From contig JBBACQ010000004.1 of assembly GCA_041656935.1 (NCBI GenBank), positions 8,557 through 72,556 of the forward strand: a DNA stretch of 64,000 bases, read 5' to 3'. The notes beneath the pieces were generated by a model. That model searched no databases. It saw nothing but the letters and a program-made list of their open reading frames with translations, and was not told the origin of the DNA. Shown piece after piece: positions 62,360 to 64,000 of this stretch. Origin of the DNA: Patescibacteria group bacterium. Lineage in GTDB: Bacteria > Patescibacteriota > Patescibacteriia > Patescibacteriales > UBA12465. The stretch's first letter is position 1. Each line of letters opens with the position of its first letter. Position numbers and translations under genes: made by a program.

Positions 62360-64000
62360 CTAAATTAACCCAGCTTTGCGAAGTGCCTCAGCCATAGTAT
62401 CGTTAGAATTCGAAAGGTTGTTATTATAACTTCCTCTCTCCTCCTTACGGGCTACTGGCGTAGCATTTTCTCCAAAATGATATTCGTACACATAGTACTT
62501 CACATCATTGGGATCAGCTCCGCAAAAAAAATCTGAATCTTCGCCCATCGCGCTCCAAGCTTCTTCACAATTAGCGCGAGAACGGGAACGACCACAAGTG
62601 AGTTCGTGCTCATCCAATCGCCAAGTTTCGATTTTGGCAACGTTGGCAATAAACTCTAACGTACGATCGATATCTCCCGAGAAAGCCTCCAGTAAACGGT
62701 CGGGAACATTATTGCTTTTAATTAGCTCATTCCGTTCCTGCTGGCGCACCTCGAAGAGATGAGATAAATTCACAATCAAACCTTCTGCCTGACGACAGAT
62801 TTTTTCTACTTCCACAAATTCAGCTTTTTGCAAAGCGTTACTTGCTTGGTAGATTTGATTACGAATTTCTTCACACTCTTGACGGATAAAATTTCCACCA
62901 CCAAGCTCAGACAAAGTCTTGTCAAAACTTTCCTCTAACCGAACGATAAATGCTTGCGCATTTTTATGTTCATTGTAAAGTTGAATTTTGATTTCCTCGG
63001 CCTTAACTTTTAGAATCTCAACGCGTTCGGCAGAATTTTCAAGGGTTAGCCCCTCGATCATTTCTGCTTTTAAAGCATCGAGAAGAGTGCGGAGCTTCTG
63101 CCCGGTCTCGGATAATCCTCCCCAGTATCCACCGCTACAAAACGGTTCTTCCTGAGGGATTGTAAGCAAACTAGAGATTTGACTCTCAAAATTGATCACT
63201 AGGTTACGCTGTGCTCGCTCAATTTCCTCAAGACGAGCTCTTTCAATTATCTGGCGATGTTCGCTTAAAGTGCGAGTAGCGCCATTGAAAGTCAGCTTTA
63301 CCTCTCGACCGGACGGAAGAAGTAGCTCTTCCTCCTTAGCTTTATGGAAAAATTCCTCTGTAACATCAATCTTGGCGTTAAAATTGCTCCAAGAGTCTGA
63401 ATAAGTTACAAAAAATTCTTTTCCATTAACCTCAATCACCTCAGGATTTCCTGCTTCAATAACAGTAACCTCTTCGGTTGATATTAGGTCACTCAATTTA
63501 ATTTTTAACTCTTCAGGGTTTAATCCGAGAGTTTCAAACTGAGTTAAGCTAAGAACATGATAAGGCTCCAGTACCTTCGCGTACTTCTCGCGAATGGTAT
63601 CACTATCTTTTTTGGAGATAGTTCCACCACTACGAATATACAGCGTATTGTACTGGCTCAAAATTTCGGAGTTGCTCCGATAGAGTTCATTTACAACTTC
63701 CGAAGAGGTGTAAGTACTCATCATTGCATTCACGAAAATTTTGAAGGCCTCGGCAGACCACAGTGCTGGCTTAGACACCCGAGCAATTTCTTGGCCGTTG
63801 AAGATTGTAATGTGGTCTTCAACAACACAAGCCCGCACACTGTCCCAGTGAAGGTTTTTAATCTCCTTTGAAACTAAGTGCGGGGCGATCTCGGCGAGCC
63901 AACTGGGCTCAACTTTTGATGCCATGCTTACCAGGTTAAGAGTCATAGAGCCTCTCCTAGTTTGAATCTGCAGATCAAAAGGAATTCCCACGACCCAATC
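62360..64000 (-). CDS. C-terminal part of a probable HrpA-like DEAH-box helicase (start lies beyond the right edge)
   Basis: Frame open to 64000 (DWVVGIPF...). KVEPSWLAEIAPHLV...HWD resembles the HrpA OB-fold/DUF3418 junction (IEPEW...PHL...HW), followed by a long coiled coil. Confidence 0.6.
   Translation of the reverse strand, partial: DWVVGIPFDLQIQTRRGSMTLNLVSMASKVEPSWLAEIAPHLVSKEIKNLHWDSVRACVVEDHITIFNGQEIARVSKPALWSAEAFKIFVNAMMSTYTSSEVVNELYRSNSEILSQYNTLYIRSGGTISKKDSDTIREKYAKVLEPYHVLSLTQFETLGLNPEELKIKLSDLISTEEVTVIEAGNPEVIEVNGKEFFVTYSDSWSNFNAKIDVTEEFFHKAKEEELLLPSGREVKLTFNGATRTLSEHRQIIERARLEEIERAQRNLVINFESQISSLLTIPQEEPFCSGGYWGGLSETGQKLRTLLDALKAEMIEGLTLENSAERVEILKVKAEEIKIQLYNEHKNAQAFIVRLEESFDKTLSELGGGNFIRQECEEIRNQIYQASNALQKAEFVEVEKICRQAEGLIVNLSHLFEVRQQERNELIKSNNVPDRLLEAFSGDIDRTLEFIANVAKIETWRLDEHELTCGRSRSRANCEEAWSAMGEDSDFFCGADPNDVKYYVYEYHFGENATPVARKEERGSYNNNLSNSNDTMAEALRKAGLI

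Noticed and set aside
1250-63871. Many short ORFs in the track overlapping longer genes (e.g. 1250-1462, 13005-13340, 26348-26740, 41346-41768, 57001-57441, 63557-63871)
   Set aside because: They are antisense or off-frame shadows of well-supported genes and have no motifs of their own.

Overview
This is an AT-rich bacterial chromosome segment read with the standard genetic code. Gene content (SD-less core genes, archaeal-type PyrH, alpha2 GlyRS, VirB2-like pilin-Ig proteins, type IV pilins, translin) points to a Patescibacteria/CPR genome, probably Parcubacteria such as Falkowbacteria (inference). The backbone is housekeeping: rny, HU, three tRNAs, two pilins, murE, a frameshifted ftsK, glgA, ruvC/ruvB, recA, rel, rpsU, lepB, queA, a helicase-nuclease, radC, rmuC, gyrA with a 435-aa LAGLIDADG intein, ndk, glyQS/argS/tyrS, a double-ATPase PilB, uvrA and cls. 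I found no CRISPR array, integrase, transposase or reverse transcriptase. The main unexplained signal is a set of unrelated orphan genes (26054, 43324-47058, weaker at 32481 and 61457) sharing one regulatory layout: consensus sigma70 promoter, boxA-like motif, long AU-rich leader hairpin with G-U pairs on the transcribed strand, TAACCTNTAAAA or a Shine-Dalgarno, and a terminator ending T6-7ATTT. Neighbouring orphans share near-identical leader and terminator modules. Other candidates: a glgA / GH57-kinase fusion / PHP operon, a degenerate HisRS paralog, a tandem-ATPase PilB co-transcribed with translin, a duplicated pilin promoter, and nested palindromic repeats.
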